DNA from: an uncultured Deferribacteraceae bacterium
Lineage (GTDB): Bacteria; Chrysiogenota; Deferribacteres; CAMZNJ01
NCBI GenBank assembly: GCA_947313855.1
Contig: CAMZNS010000010.1
Span: forward strand, 12,769 to 76,768
DNA: 64,000 nucleotides
Direction: 5' to 3'
Shown in pieces: positions 40,407-50,204 of the stretch. Each line of letters opens with the position of its first letter. Positions within the stretch are counted from its first letter, which is position 1. A model generated the notes under the pieces. The model did no database searches. It had not been told where the DNA came from and worked only from the letters and a program-made list of their open reading frames with translations. Both the position numbers and the translations under genes were made by a program.

Positions 40407-41340
40407 GTTCGTTTTCATGTTTGTCGTATGCCTCCACAATGTCTTGTATTAGGCGGTGTCTGACTACATCTTCGTTGGTGAATTGTGTGAAGTGTACCCC
40501 TTCAATTTTGTTTAGTATTTCGGTGGCATTTCGTAGTCCATTTGTTTGGTGTTTTGGTAGATCGGCTTGTGTTAGGTCGCCAGTGATGACCATTTTGGAT
40601 CCTTGTCCGAGTCTTGTGAGGAACATTTTCATCTGTGCGACGGTGGTGTTTTGTGCTTCGTCGAGTACGATAAAGCTGTTGTTCAGCGTACGTCCACGCA
40701 TGAATGCTAGTGGTGCGATTTCGATTGTTTGTGTTTCGAGTAGTTTGTTGAGCTGGTTTGTGTTGAGCAGTGTGTGTAGTGCGTCGTACATGGGTTGCAG
40801 GTATGGTGTAATTTTCTCTTCGATGTCACCCGGTAGGAAGCCGAGTGCTTCTCCTGCTTCCACGGCGGGTCGGGTGAGGATTAGTCGTTCCACGTCTTTG
40901 TTGAGTAGGTGGTGTAGTCCGGCGGCGATTGCGAGGAATGTTTTCCCTGTTCCGGCTGTACCGATGGCAAAGTTGAGGTCGTGTGTTTTCATTGCGTGGA
41001 AGTATTTGGATTGGTTTGCATTTTTGAGTCGTAAATCTTTGGCACGTCCTCCGATGTGCACAATATTCCCTACGGTTTGTGCAATATTTCCGGGTTGTTG
41101 TCGTAGAGCGAGGTTTAGTGCGTTTGCGACGTCTTCTTGTACGAGTTCACGTTTGGCGGCGATGATGGCCATGGATTCGAGTATCTCTTTTGCGATTGCA
41201 CTGTTGTTTCCGGTGATACGAAACAGTCCGCCAATATTGTTGATGTTGACACCGAGGTGTGTTTTGAATAGTTTGAGGTTGGAGTTGTTGACACCCACTA
41301 GTGCTGGGACAACGCTTTCGTTTACTTGAATTTCTGTCAT
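40369..41340 (-). CDS. phoH: PhoH-like ATPase (YbeZ)
   Basis: Walker A AIGTAGTGKTFLAIA, Walker B IVLDEAQN, PhoH C-terminal region. Classic phoH-ybeY adjacency. Confidence 0.85.
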   Translation of the reverse strand: MTEIQVNESVVPALVGVNNSNLKLFKTHLGVNINNIGGLFRITGNNSAIAKEILESMAIIAAKRELVQEDVANALNLALRQQPGNIAQTVGNIVHIGGRAKDLRLKNANQSKYFHAMKTHDLNFAIGTAGTGKTFLAIAAGLHHLLNKDVERLILTRPAVEAGEALGFLPGDIEEKITPYLQPMYDALHTLLNTNQLNKLLETQTIEIAPLAFMRGRTLNNSFIVLDEAQNTTVAQMKMFLTRLGQGSKMVITGDLTQADLPKHQTNGLRNATEILNKIEGVHFTQFTNEDVVRHRLIQDIVEAYDKHENEHAQSNTNRKPTR

Positions 41341-42440
41341 ATTGTTTCCCCTTGGGCGAGTTTTTCGAGGTATCGTTTGATGTGTTTTTGAGTTGCGTGT
41401 GGTTTCCCTTGTAGTGCGAGTGCTACGATGTTGTGTTGTTGAGTTGTTTGTGCGTGTTGCGTTAGTGTGTGCACCCTTAGTGCGTACCGTTTGTTGGCTG
41501 TATTTGTTGTGTTGTCGAATTGCTCATCACCATGGCGTATCTCTGAGGCGAGGTTTGTTTGTGCGGTTTGGGTGTTGAACATTATGCTGAAGATATCTAT
41601 TCCTAGGGTGTGTGCGAGGGTGATTATCTGTGGCAATGAGTTTTCGTCCATGAGTTTTGCCATTTCGTAGGGGGTACGGTTGGCATTGAGGTTTGCTAGT
41701 GTGATTTTGGCGTTGTGGATTAGTGTTACTGTGTGGTGTGTGGGTGTGAGGTTGTAGCGTGCGGCGAACCTGAGGCAACGGAGTATGCGTGATGGGTCGT
41801 CTGTGAAGCTTTGGTCGTGGAGTACGGCTATGGTCTTGTTGCGGATGGCGTCCAAGCCGTTAAACGGGTCGAGGAGGTGTTCGGCGAGGTGTTCGGTTAT
41901 GTGTTCGGCGAGGTGTTCGGCGGTTATCTGCGTGCCCGTTGCGATGAGTGTGTCTAGTGTTTGCGTTGGGATGTTGAGTGCCATGGCGTTGATATTGAAG
42001 TCGCGTCGTGGCAGGTCGTGTTCGATGGTGGGCATGATGGTGATTTGTGGTTGTCCCCCTGATGTGAGGAAGGTTTCTGTTCGTGGCGTGGTGATATCGA
42101 TTTTGCGGGTGTTGTTGCCGTCGTTGTAGGATATGCTAGCTGTGCGGTATTTCTTGTATTGGCGAACGGTGGCATTGGGCATAATTTTGCCGTACTCTTC
42201 ACTTAAAACGCATGCGTCCATTTCGGTAATAATATCCACGTCGTGGCTGTTGTTGCCCATGATGATATCTCGCACTGTTCCGCCAACAAGCCATACGCCA
42301 CGATTGTCACGATTGTCACGATTGTCACGATTGTCACGATTGTCACGATTGGTGGAGCTTGTTTTTTGGACGATATTTTGTAGTAGGCGTATTGTTTTTA
42401 GGGTGGCAGTGCTGAAGTTTGGGTTATTGTGTGGGTTCAT
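41337..42440 (-). CDS. tRNA nucleotidyltransferase / poly(A) polymerase family protein (Pol-beta NTase head domain)
   Basis: GGTVRDIIMG...DVDI head motif. 367 aa without an HD domain. In-frame NRDNRDNRDNRDNRDNR insertion (42299-42352) immediately N-terminal to the catalytic glycine motif. Confidence 0.7.
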   Translation of the reverse strand: MNPHNNPNFSTATLKTIRLLQNIVQKTSSTNRDNRDNRDNRDNRDNRGVWLVGGTVRDIIMGNNSHDVDIITEMDACVLSEEYGKIMPNATVRQYKKYRTASISYNDGNNTRKIDITTPRTETFLTSGGQPQITIMPTIEHDLPRRDFNINAMALNIPTQTLDTLIATGTQITAEHLAEHITEHLAEHLLDPFNGLDAIRNKTIAVLHDQSFTDDPSRILRCLRFAARYNLTPTHHTVTLIHNAKITLANLNANRTPYEMAKLMDENSLPQIITLAHTLGIDIFSIMFNTQTAQTNLASEIRHGDEQFDNTTNTANKRYALRVHTLTQHAQTTQQHNIVALALQGKPHATQKHIKRYLEKLAQGETI

Positions 42441-42546
42441 GTTGCGTGGGGGCTCCTGCGTATGTGGCTTTGTGTTTGTCGATGCTACATTGTAGCGAGT
42501 TTCAACTATTTACTCAACAGGCAACATTAGGTGTTGGGCGGTATGG

Positions 42547-43638
42547 TTATTGGTGTTTTCGGTATCGAGGGTGGAACTGCTCTAGTGTGTTGCGTTTGCG
42601 ATCGTCAGTAATGTGGGTGTATATTTGTGTTGTGGATAGGGAGGTGTGCCCCAAAAATATTTGGATAGTGCGTAGGTCGGCACCGCCAAAGAGCATATTG
42701 GTGGCGAATGAGTGTCGCAGGGTGTGTGGCGATGGTTTTTTGGTGAGCCCAGCTAGGCGTGCGTATTTGCGAACAATGTACCAGCATCCTTGACGAGTCA
42801 TCTGTTTCCCACTCCTGTCAACAAAAATAAAACCTTCATCGCGGATATTTTTGTTTTTTGGGGAGGACATGAAAACATGGCGACGCTCTAGTAAGGTTGG
42901 GTAGTCGTTTAAAAGTGAAAGGTACAAGGGGGCGTATCGTGTTTTGCCGCCTTTACCCACAACAACTGCCACACCGCGTTCTAAATCGATACTAGTAACC
43001 TTGAGGTTAATGACTTCGCTAACACGCATGCCAGAGGAGTATAAGGTCTGGATGATAACACTGTCCCGCTGACCTAAGTAGTTGTTGGTTTTGATTACGC
43101 CCAGGAGGGTGTCAACTTCGGTTTGGGTGAGGAAGGAGGGGAGCTTGTTGACGCTTCGCGGTTTGATGGTGCTTAATAAGGGGTTTACGGGGAGGTGTTG
43201 CTCTTGAACCAAGTAGTCGAAAAAACAGGAAAGACCGCTCAACTTACGCTGAATGGTTCTGTTGCCCATGGCATTGGTACGCATGTAAACAAGGAGTTGG
43301 GTGACGCCAGATCTGTCTAAGGAGCTCGCGAGGTTGTTTAAGTTGATGAGCATGTTGTTGACGTTGAATATGTCCGCACCATCAGCACCATCAGCACCAT
43401 CAGCACCATCCGTCGCCACAGGGGGGGATGCAGGCTTGTAGTACACAGTGCTAGAGTTGCCACCGTGACCATCAAGGTCGTAACTTGAAAGGAATTTCAG
43501 GAGCGTAATAACGTCATTGCTGTAGGAGATTAAGGTGTTCGCCGAGTAGCCCAACTCAAACTTGAGGTAGTCCTGAAGAAAAGACTCAAGGAGCTTAGAC
43601 ACAGACAACGCCTCAATATTAGTTCTATGCCTGTGCAT
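42547..43638 (-). CDS. xerD: Tyrosine recombinase XerD-like
   Basis: C-terminal HTLRHSFATNMLFGGADLRTIQIFLGHTSLSTTQIYTH (R-H-R-Y tetrad context) and N-terminal SAM-like domain. In-frame DGADGADGADGAD insertion (43377-43412). Confidence 0.8.
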   Translation of the reverse strand: MHRHRTNIEALSVSKLLESFLQDYLKFELGYSANTLISYSNDVITLLKFLSSYDLDGHGGNSSTVYYKPASPPVATDGADGADGADGADIFNVNNMLINLNNLASSLDRSGVTQLLVYMRTNAMGNRTIQRKLSGLSCFFDYLVQEQHLPVNPLLSTIKPRSVNKLPSFLTQTEVDTLLGVIKTNNYLGQRDSVIIQTLYSSGMRVSEVINLKVTSIDLERGVAVVVGKGGKTRYAPLYLSLLNDYPTLLERRHVFMSSPKNKNIRDEGFIFVDRSGKQMTRQGCWYIVRKYARLAGLTKKPSPHTLRHSFATNMLFGGADLRTIQIFLGHTSLSTTQIYTHITDDRKRNTLEQFHPRYRKHQ

Positions 43639-44602
43639 GCTGCTGCTGTTGATGATTACGACGCAAACGACGCCTTGAAACACTCTTCACTTTCTCAGGC
43701 TTGGCAACAACAACAGGGGCGACCAGCTCGCGGGATCGACGACCGTAATGATTGATACAACGCTCAGATGGAGCAAATATTATGTAAATGAAGCTTGCCA
43801 AAAATATTGCCGAAACAAGACTAGCAGCAACGGTAAGGAAGAAGCTGGTAATGCCAGCAGTATGGAGAACATCCAATGTCACCAAAGACAGAGTAACGAC
43901 AACCAACTTAAACGTAGTGCCACGACGTAAACCGATATCGTTGACGCGGTTTTTGAGCAGGCACACAAAGCTGTAGGTGTAGACGAGGAGCAGAACGCAA
44001 GCGTAAGCGATGGCAACAATACTCATGGTACTAAGGTTGCTGAGATTAATACTAATATCAAGGGGAACAACACCAAGGTAAACCAGACCAACCAAAGGGA
44101 GACTCAGTATGGCAACCATCAGGAGGAGGAGTACATTGTATTGAACAAACATAAAGCGATGAACACGAGACCTAAACGTAAACACTGAATGGAAAAAGCT
44201 TTTTAAGGGGGCATTTATGCGAAACGGAGGGGTGCCGTAACGGTTGATATATTTTTGTCCAGGGATAAGGGATATGAGTATGGTGATTGCTATGCCGACG
44301 CCAGCAAAGTTTAAAATCACCTTGAGAATGGCCATTTTGGAGGGTATGCCAATATCTTTAAGACGCTTGGTTGTAAGGATGAAGTCGCTAACGGCACCGA
44401 TGGAGACTAGTAGTATGAGCATAAGGGTTCCCAAGGCGGGATAGAGGTGTGACGACGATAAGTAGAATACGCCGGAAGCAAGGAGCAACATGAGGTATGC
44501 AGTAATGTAGAGACGACCGTTGATGCGTCCTGATGATGCAAAAAATAGTCGAAAAAGGTTATCGCGACGAATTAGTGTTTTGGTTTGGTGATTGATAGAC
44601 AT
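43625..44602 (-). CDS. DUF805-family inner-membrane protein with an extended C-terminal membrane domain
   Basis: N-terminal GRINGRLYITAYLMLLL and NRYGTPP, signatures of DUF805 (YhaH-like). 325 aa, multiple TM. Confidence 0.55.
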   Translation of the reverse strand: MSINHQTKTLIRRDNLFRLFFASSGRINGRLYITAYLMLLLASGVFYLSSSHLYPALGTLMLILLVSIGAVSDFILTTKRLKDIGIPSKMAILKVILNFAGVGIAITILISLIPGQKYINRYGTPPFRINAPLKSFFHSVFTFRSRVHRFMFVQYNVLLLLMVAILSLPLVGLVYLGVVPLDISINLSNLSTMSIVAIAYACVLLLVYTYSFVCLLKNRVNDIGLRRGTTFKLVVVTLSLVTLDVLHTAGITSFFLTVAASLVSAIFLASFIYIIFAPSERCINHYGRRSRELVAPVVVAKPEKVKSVSRRRLRRNHQQQQHAQA

Positions 44603-44613
44603 AGGTATTCTCC

Positions 44614-45915
44614 CTATTCTGAATCTGAATAAGAATCGTTGTTTTCATGCTGTGTGTCGCTCTTCTTAAACTCAACTCGTCCGATACGTGTGCCAGTCAT
44701 GGTTTTGACCGTAACGGAGTAACCTTGGTAGTACATTTTTTGACCAGCAGTGGGGATGTCGCCGGCGATGTCAAATACCAAGCCCCCAACAGTATCGTAG
44801 CTTTTGTCGTTCTCCACCATGTGAACCCCTAGCACTTCAAAGAAGTCTTCCAAGTTCATCCTTGAGTCTACAATATAAGTATCACTGCCAATTTTAATAT
44901 AGTCAATATCTTTTTCGTCGTATTCGTCGTAAATTTCGCCAACAATCTCTTCGAGGATATCCTCCATGGTAACAATCCCCGACAGTCCGCCGTATTCATC
45001 GACTACAAGGGCGATGTGGCGACTTTTCGATCGCATATCAGCAAGGAGGCTGCTAATTGTTTTGGTTTCGGGTACGTGTAGTGCAACGTGTAGTGTGCTT
45101 TTGTCTTTAAGGGAGGACTCAATATTTTGCAGTATGCTTTCAGTATTGGATTTTACCAAATCCTTAACGTAAAAGATGCCAGAAATCTCGTCGATATTGC
45201 CACTGTGGACGGGGTAACGTGAAAACTGATGTTCTTCGATTGTATCTAAGTTGGACTCTGGTGGGGCGGAAGAGTTCAGAAAAACAATTTCGGTGCGGGG
45301 AACCATAATCTCTTTGACCATGGCGGTCTGCATGTCAAAAATACTAGACAGCATGGCGTGTGTTTCCTCTTCAATTGCCCCTTCGCCGAGGGAGGCATCA
45401 ACAATAAACTCAAGCTCATCGGAGGTAATGGTAGGGTTGCTGCCACCGTTGCTTTTCTCACCCCAAGAGCTTAGCCAAGAGGAGATGAAGCTTAGAAGCA
45501 GGCTGAGGGGGTAGACCAAGGTATTGATAATGTAGATGGGGTAGATGAACGCAAGGGTGACAACCATGGGGTTGCGTTTGGCAAATGTTTTGGGGATTAT
45601 CTCGCCAAACATGAGGATGAGGAGGGTCATCACACCTGTGGCGGCGGCAATGGCATTGTGTTCAAACAGCGTGAGTGCCATGCCTGTGGCAAGGGCAGAG
45701 GAGAAGATGTTAACAAGGTTGTTGCCGATTAAAATGGTGGCAAGGGTCATTTCAGGGCGATTGAGCCACATGCGTAGCGGTTTAGCGAAAAACGGGTGAT
45801 CGTCAATGGCCTTGCGGGTGCGGAGCTCATTGAGGGAGGTGAGTGCGGTTTCGCTACTGGAAAAGAAGCCGGATAGTACTAGGGATATGGATATCAAAAC
45901 TATTTCTAGGTACAA
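44614..45915 (-). CDS. CNNM/HlyC-CorC family transporter (DUF21 TM domain, CBS pair, CorC_HlyC)
   Basis: N-terminal 4-TM DUF21, tandem CBS domains, C-terminal [19 protein letters not shown]...RIGRV transporter-associated domain. Confidence 0.8.
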   Translation of the reverse strand: MYLEIVLISISLVLSGFFSSSETALTSLNELRTRKAIDDHPFFAKPLRMWLNRPEMTLATILIGNNLVNIFSSALATGMALTLFEHNAIAAATGVMTLLILMFGEIIPKTFAKRNPMVVTLAFIYPIYIINTLVYPLSLLLSFISSWLSSWGEKSNGGSNPTITSDELEFIVDASLGEGAIEEETHAMLSSIFDMQTAMVKEIMVPRTEIVFLNSSAPPESNLDTIEEHQFSRYPVHSGNIDEISGIFYVKDLVKSNTESILQNIESSLKDKSTLHVALHVPETKTISSLLADMRSKSRHIALVVDEYGGLSGIVTMEDILEEIVGEIYDEYDEKDIDYIKIGSDTYIVDSRMNLEDFFEVLGVHMVENDKSYDTVGGLVFDIAGDIPTAGQKMYYQGYSVTVKTMTGTRIGRVEFKKSDTQHENNDSYSDSE

Positions 45916-45949
45916 AATATACTCTCCTTGAGGGTCGGGGGGGTACTCG

Positions 45950-46200
45950 CAGTAGTATTGTTGGTACTGGTGTTAGCATGGGCATTAGCATGGTCGTTAG
46001 CAGGGCTGCACAAAATGCACGGGGGCACTGTCATTGCTATTGCTGTTGGGCAAAGGGAAGCTGTGACGAGGGGGGTGGGTGTCTGTGATGCACACGGTTC
46101 TGGAGGTTGGGAGTCTTGCGGGGCACACGGTTCTGGAGGTTGGGAGTCTTGCGGGGCAAGTAGGTCGTCCCCTGTTATTGTCTGGGGGGTGGTTGTATTG
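45950..46200. repeat. Intergenic repeat block including a 33-bp unit x2 (cacggttctggaggttgggagtcttgcggggca) and shorter G-rich repeats
   Basis: Direct reading. Confidence 0.85.
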
Positions 46201-46339
46201 CGTTGAGTGTTGGTGGCTGTACTAATACTATCTCTCCTTGATGTTGGAAACTGCTATCCCTTTGATTATATATTGTCTTGCTGTAAATGTCTACAAAAAC
46301 AGGTGTATAAAAAATAATTACGGGCAAAAAGCTCGAAGA

Positions 46340-47578
46340 CTACTGTGGAACAGCCTTAAGACGTAGGGTGATATCGGTGATGATGGCGTCCTTGCTGGTG
46401 AAGTATTGGAGTAGTTCGGGGATGGTGTTCTGGATGCGTGCAAGGTTTTGCGACCAAGACTGTATGGCAAGGTTTACCTTTTGTGGATTACTGAGATCCA
46501 TGGCTTCGTTGTAAATGAGGTTAGCTGATGATCGGCTGAAGTATAGTTTGTAGAGGAGGGTCTGCACATCTTGGGCGTTTGTTGCAAGGAATTTTGCTGT
46601 TTCGGTGCCATAGGTTTGTGCGAGGTTTGTTTCGGTGATATTGCCGTTCATGTATTCGATGAGGGCGCTAGCGGGTATGGAGTTCGTGTTCATTGTGGTC
46701 ATGGTTTCGGTGGAGATTTTCTGCAGTAGGGTGGAGGAGTCGTAGGTGTTGATACGCAGTTGTCCAGCAATATTGACGAGTTCGTTGTAGGATATTTCGC
46801 CACGCATAAACCTGTAGGCGAGGGCTTCGTTGTCGCGATACAAACGCTCCTCAGGGGTATCGCCTGATTTTATGGAGGTTGCGATAGGTTTGTTGTTGAA
46901 GACTAGTCTGTTGTCGTAAACCTGAAGGTTGGCTTTGACACGTAGATCGGTGAAATCGAAAAGGATGTCGGGTATGCCGTCGTGATTGTAGTCTAGAACA
47001 TTTTGCGGGGAGTCTATGTTAGTGAGGGATACGGAGATATTTTCAGCGTACTGACCCCAGTTAAGAATAACATAGTCAACGATAACAAGGGTGTTGCCTG
47101 AGGGTTTAACTAGGAGCAGGTAGTTGTTGTAGGAGTTGTTGTCGGAGTTGTTGTCCCTGCCATAAACCACAACGCCGTTGTCCACTAGCCCCATGAATCC
47201 AATATTTAAGTTAATCTCATTCTCCGTGTAAAAGTTTGGACGAAGGGTTCCGCTACGTGGTGGCACTATCCCCCATAGGGAGTAGGAGCGGTTCTGGTAT
47301 CGGAAGATGTCGGAGCTGTTGGACTTTGCACCATAGCTTGAAGCACCAACAATGGATATGGCACCCCCATCGGAGCTGTTGCGTGGGGGAGTTGGTGGCG
47401 AGGTTGATGTGCCCCTTGAATTCAATGAGTAGCGATCTATATTGTAAGTATCACCATCAGACTGAGCAACAATAGTAGCAGTAGCAGTAGCAGTAACGAT
47501 GGCGATGGCGATGAAGGGTAACGCCAAAAACATGGTGACGAGGAGCAATAAGTATGGGGTATGGGTAGGTGGTGGCAT
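46340..47578 (-). CDS. Hypothetical secreted protein with an EF-hand/dockerin-like Ca-binding loop
   Basis: Signal peptide (LLLLVTMFLALPFIAIAIVTATATA). DYNHDGIPDILFD (DxNxDGxxD) loop. In-frame SSS/DGD trinucleotide-pair repeats at 47474-47512. No family recognised. Confidence 0.5.
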   Translation of the reverse strand: MPPPTHTPYLLLLVTMFLALPFIAIAIVTATATATIVAQSDGDTYNIDRYSLNSRGTSTSPPTPPRNSSDGGAISIVGASSYGAKSNSSDIFRYQNRSYSLWGIVPPRSGTLRPNFYTENEINLNIGFMGLVDNGVVVYGRDNNSDNNSYNNYLLLVKPSGNTLVIVDYVILNWGQYAENISVSLTNIDSPQNVLDYNHDGIPDILFDFTDLRVKANLQVYDNRLVFNNKPIATSIKSGDTPEERLYRDNEALAYRFMRGEISYNELVNIAGQLRINTYDSSTLLQKISTETMTTMNTNSIPASALIEYMNGNITETNLAQTYGTETAKFLATNAQDVQTLLYKLYFSRSSANLIYNEAMDLSNPQKVNLAIQSWSQNLARIQNTIPELLQYFTSKDAIITDITLRLKAVPQ

Positions 47579-47960
47579 GCGAGTAAAGTCTCCATTTATG
47601 CAAGTATGCAAGTATGCACGGCAAGGGGGCGGAAATAGGGGATTAACGTGACGCAATTAGCCTGTACATGGTTATACAACTACTCAACCAAAGGTCAGGG
47701 AACGCCAAAGTAGTTATTCAGTTATTTTTACGCTCAAAAAATGAGCAGCTTACGCCCGATGATCTTAAAACTAAAACCGATGGTATCACAGTACCCTTGA
47801 AGTTGAAATGCAAGCAAGCATAAGGCGTTTGAGGCTCCCATGTTATTTTGAAATGAACACAATGATAGCAGTTTATTTTGGATTTCATAGGTCATAATAA
47901 TAAGAAAAAGAGGATTTTGCAATAAAAAAATGTTTACAATTTGTTTAAAATATATTAAAT

Positions 47961-47980
47961 AGTTGTAATAGAGTTGCAAC
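47961..47980 (+). promoter_or_regulatory. Putative operator: tandem 8-mers agttgtaa / agttgcaa 11 bp apart; the second lies within the palindrome gttgcaac, immediately upstream of the XRE gene RBS
   Basis: agttgtaatagagttgcaac. gttgcaac is a perfect 8-bp palindrome ending 9 nt before ATG 47990. Confidence 0.35.
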
Positions 47981-47989
47981 GGAGTAATT

Positions 47990-48787
47990 ATGCGAAATGA
48001 TGTGAAAACTAGGCAACGAGGGAATATTGCACAGTATCAGTCCGTGGCAAATGTGCTGAAAGTTCGAATGATTACCATCGGTATGAAACAAAATGAACTG
48101 TCAGAACGACTAGGAATAAGCCAGTCAAGGGTCTCAAACTACCTCAACGGGAAGAGCGAACCCGACTTCCACACACTCTCCAAGATGGCCGAATACCTCG
48201 GTATCAGCCTCAACGACCTTGTCCGAAACGCCGAAACTCTCCTAGGTGACGAAAACCTCAGAACCACCGCAGGAAGCTACGACACAGAACCCAAAGACTT
48301 GAACGATAGGGACGAACAAAATGATCTGAACCACCCACACGAAGCCTACATGCCCTTTATTGTTGCCAAAAAATTACGCATAAGAGACTCCGTAACTAAC
48401 GCCAAAAACCTTGTCAGCCTACCACCGCAAGTCGCCAAGATGGTCAATGTGTCCCCTGATGCACTGAATAAAAACGGCGACGAACAGATGATTATACTCG
48501 AAATTACAGAAAAAATATACTCATCCAAAATTGTCGTAAATATTGGCGACGTTGTCTTTGCCGTACCATATTCAGCAGGGATGGATGTGGGAGACGATGC
48601 TTTGCTGGTCAAACCGGGGAAAAACTTTAGCGTGCTGAAACTCTCGCGAACACTAAGCATTAACGGCGAACACACCTACACAGCACTGCAAGAGCACTGC
48701 AACCAAGGTGAGGGTGTTGGGGCAAGCCTGGATACGATCGACCTTTCCGGCTACCACCTTGTCACAGCTGTTTTGCAGGTTATGTAG
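47990..48787 (+). CDS. XRE-family helix-turn-helix transcriptional regulator with an about 180-aa C-terminal domain of unknown function
   Basis: HTH_XRE: MKQNELSERLGISQSRVSNYLNGKSEPDFHTLSKMAEYLGISLNDLV. Confidence 0.7.
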   Translation: MRNDVKTRQRGNIAQYQSVANVLKVRMITIGMKQNELSERLGISQSRVSNYLNGKSEPDFHTLSKMAEYLGISLNDLVRNAETLLGDENLRTTAGSYDTEPKDLNDRDEQNDLNHPHEAYMPFIVAKKLRIRDSVTNAKNLVSLPPQVAKMVNVSPDALNKNGDEQMIILEITEKIYSSKIVVNIGDVVFAVPYSAGMDVGDDALLVKPGKNFSVLKLSRTLSINGEHTYTALQEHCNQGEGVGASLDTIDLSGYHLVTAVLQVM

Positions 48788-48825
48788 CTCGAAAAGGCAC
48801 ACGATATTCCGCTCGTGCGTTATGG

Positions 48826-49320
48826 GTGTTGCCGGGTGTTATGGGGGGGCTATGCCCGTCCACGCCCACGTACAACCGTCCACGCCCACGCACAACCGTC
48901 CACGCCCACGCCCACTCACAACCGTCCACGCCCACGCACAACCGTCCACGACCACGCACAACCGTCCACGCCCACGCACAACCGTCCACGACCACGCCCA
49001 CGTACAACCTCGTACAACCGTCCACGCCCACGCACAACCGTCCACGCCCACGCACAACCGTTCACGCCCACGCACAACCGTCCACGACCACGCACAACCG
49101 TCCACGACCACGCACAACCGTCCACGCCCACGCACAACCGCCCACGCCCACACACAACCCCCCACCCCCACACACACCCCCCCACCCCCCCACCCACCCC
49201 CCCCCCCGCCCACCCGCCCCCCCCCCCCCACACCCGACCCCGCCCACGCACAACCGTCCACGACCACGCACAACCGTCCACGACCACGCACTCATCTTTC
49301 CCCACAATCCCGACTTCGTT
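48826..49320. repeat. About 500-bp array of a 21-bp tandem repeat (ccacgcccacgcacaaccgtc x about 20, with a/c variants), decaying into poly-C tracts (runs of 11 and 13 C)
   Basis: Direct reading. All six frames are open through it (ORF-track ORFs of 150-218 aa here are repeat artefacts). Minus strand carries G-runs. Confidence 0.9.
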
Positions 49321-49602
49321 TGTTACAAAATGTAAACTTTTCTTATAATTCACTGATATTTTGAGTTTTGTTCGAGGTGTGTATTGTGGTGAGTTTTGTT
49401 TGTAATGGCGTACATTTTTTTGAGTGCGATGACTTCCCCTCGCGTCAGGGCTTTCGACACGATTAACATTTGCCTGCAAACAGGCTTCGCTCCCGCCATT
49501 GCGTTAAAAGTAGTTCGGTTACTTAGGGATTATTTTTTGTTACTGCAACCCCTTCTATTATTGAGTATACAGTATAATTTGAAAATAATTTCAAGATTAG
49601 TC

Positions 49603-49631
49603 TTGACAAGGGGTCAACGTTTGGCTATACT
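49603..49631 (+). promoter_or_regulatory. Consensus sigma70 promoter TTGACA-17-TATACT driving the tRNA pair
   Basis: ttgaca 49603-49608, 17-bp spacer, tatact 49626-49631. The tRNA starts at 49645. Confidence 0.7.
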
Positions 49632-49644
49632 TGCAGAACGTTAT

Positions 49645-49718
49645 CGCGGGGTAGAGCAGCTTGGTAGCTCGTTGGGCTCATAACCCAGAGGTCGTTGGTT
49701 CAAATCCAGCCCCCGCAA
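49645..49718 (+). tRNA. tRNA-fMet (initiator, anticodon CAT)
   Basis: Cloverleaf read by hand: acceptor CGCGGGG/CCCCGCA with a C1-A72 mismatch typical of bacterial initiator tRNA. Anticodon loop CTCATAA. T-arm GGTTCAAATCC. No encoded CCA. Confidence 0.8.
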
Positions 49719-49744
49719 TGTCTTTTTTCACAGTTTAACTTATG

Positions 49745-49818
49745 TGGCGGATTAGCTCAGGTGGTTAGAGCATACGGCTCATATCCGTAGGGTCCGGGGT
49801 TCAAGTCCCTGATCCGCC
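49745..49818 (+). tRNA. tRNA with CAT anticodon (elongator Met or lysidine-modified Ile2)
   Basis: GGCGGAT...ATCCGCC acceptor, D-arm TAGCTCAGGTGGTTAGAGC, anticodon loop CTCATAT, T-arm GGTTCAAGTCC. Confidence 0.75.
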
Positions 49819-49920
49819 ATTATCCCCTCACTTTCGTCGCCGTATTCGGCACAATCTTTCACCGTTCACCCCTCACCCCTCACTTTTTTAATGTAGTAAC
49901 AAGCGTTCGGCGTACTGTGT

Positions 49921-50200
49921 CCTGCGTGGATGTTTCTACGTGGATGCTCGGCGTACGGCTCGGCGTACACTACACGTAATCAGATGTGTGTGCGGGGGGG
50001 AAGGGGTATGGCATGGTATGGTTGCCCCTACTACCTCTGCTACCCCTGTCCCCCCCTGCCACAATACTCGTACTCCGATGAATTCGAGACGTGTGTACGG
50101 CTCGGCGTACTGCTCGGCGTATCGTGCCCCGCGTACCGTGCCCCGCGTACCGTGACCCGCGTACTGCTCGGCGTACACTGCCCCGCGTACTGTCGTCAGT
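49921..50200. repeat. Intergenic repeat block (ctcggcgta / ccccgcgtaccgtg units)
   Basis: cggctcggcgtac... and cgtgccccgcgtaccgtgccccgcgtaccgtgacccgcgtactgctcggcgtacactgccccgcgtac. Confidence 0.85.
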
Positions 50201-50204
50201 AGCC

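Noticed and set aside
48708-49479. ORF-track ORFs of 150-218 aa on both strands across the 21-mer/poly-C block (for example 48708-49364 +, 48916-49479 -)
   Set aside because: Six-frame openness is an automatic consequence of a stop-free 21-bp unit. The ORFs overlap each other and the XRE gene and lack start/RBS context. Treated as repeat DNA.
42547-49718. Genomic island bounded by a tyrosine recombinase (xerD-like) and tRNA-fMet
   Set aside because: The recombinase has full XerC/XerD hallmarks (N-terminal SAM-like domain, RHRY context) rather than phage-integrase features. It is 6 kb from the tRNA and points away from it. Intervening genes (DUF805, CNNM transporter) look chromosomal. No direct repeat of the tRNA 3' end was seen.
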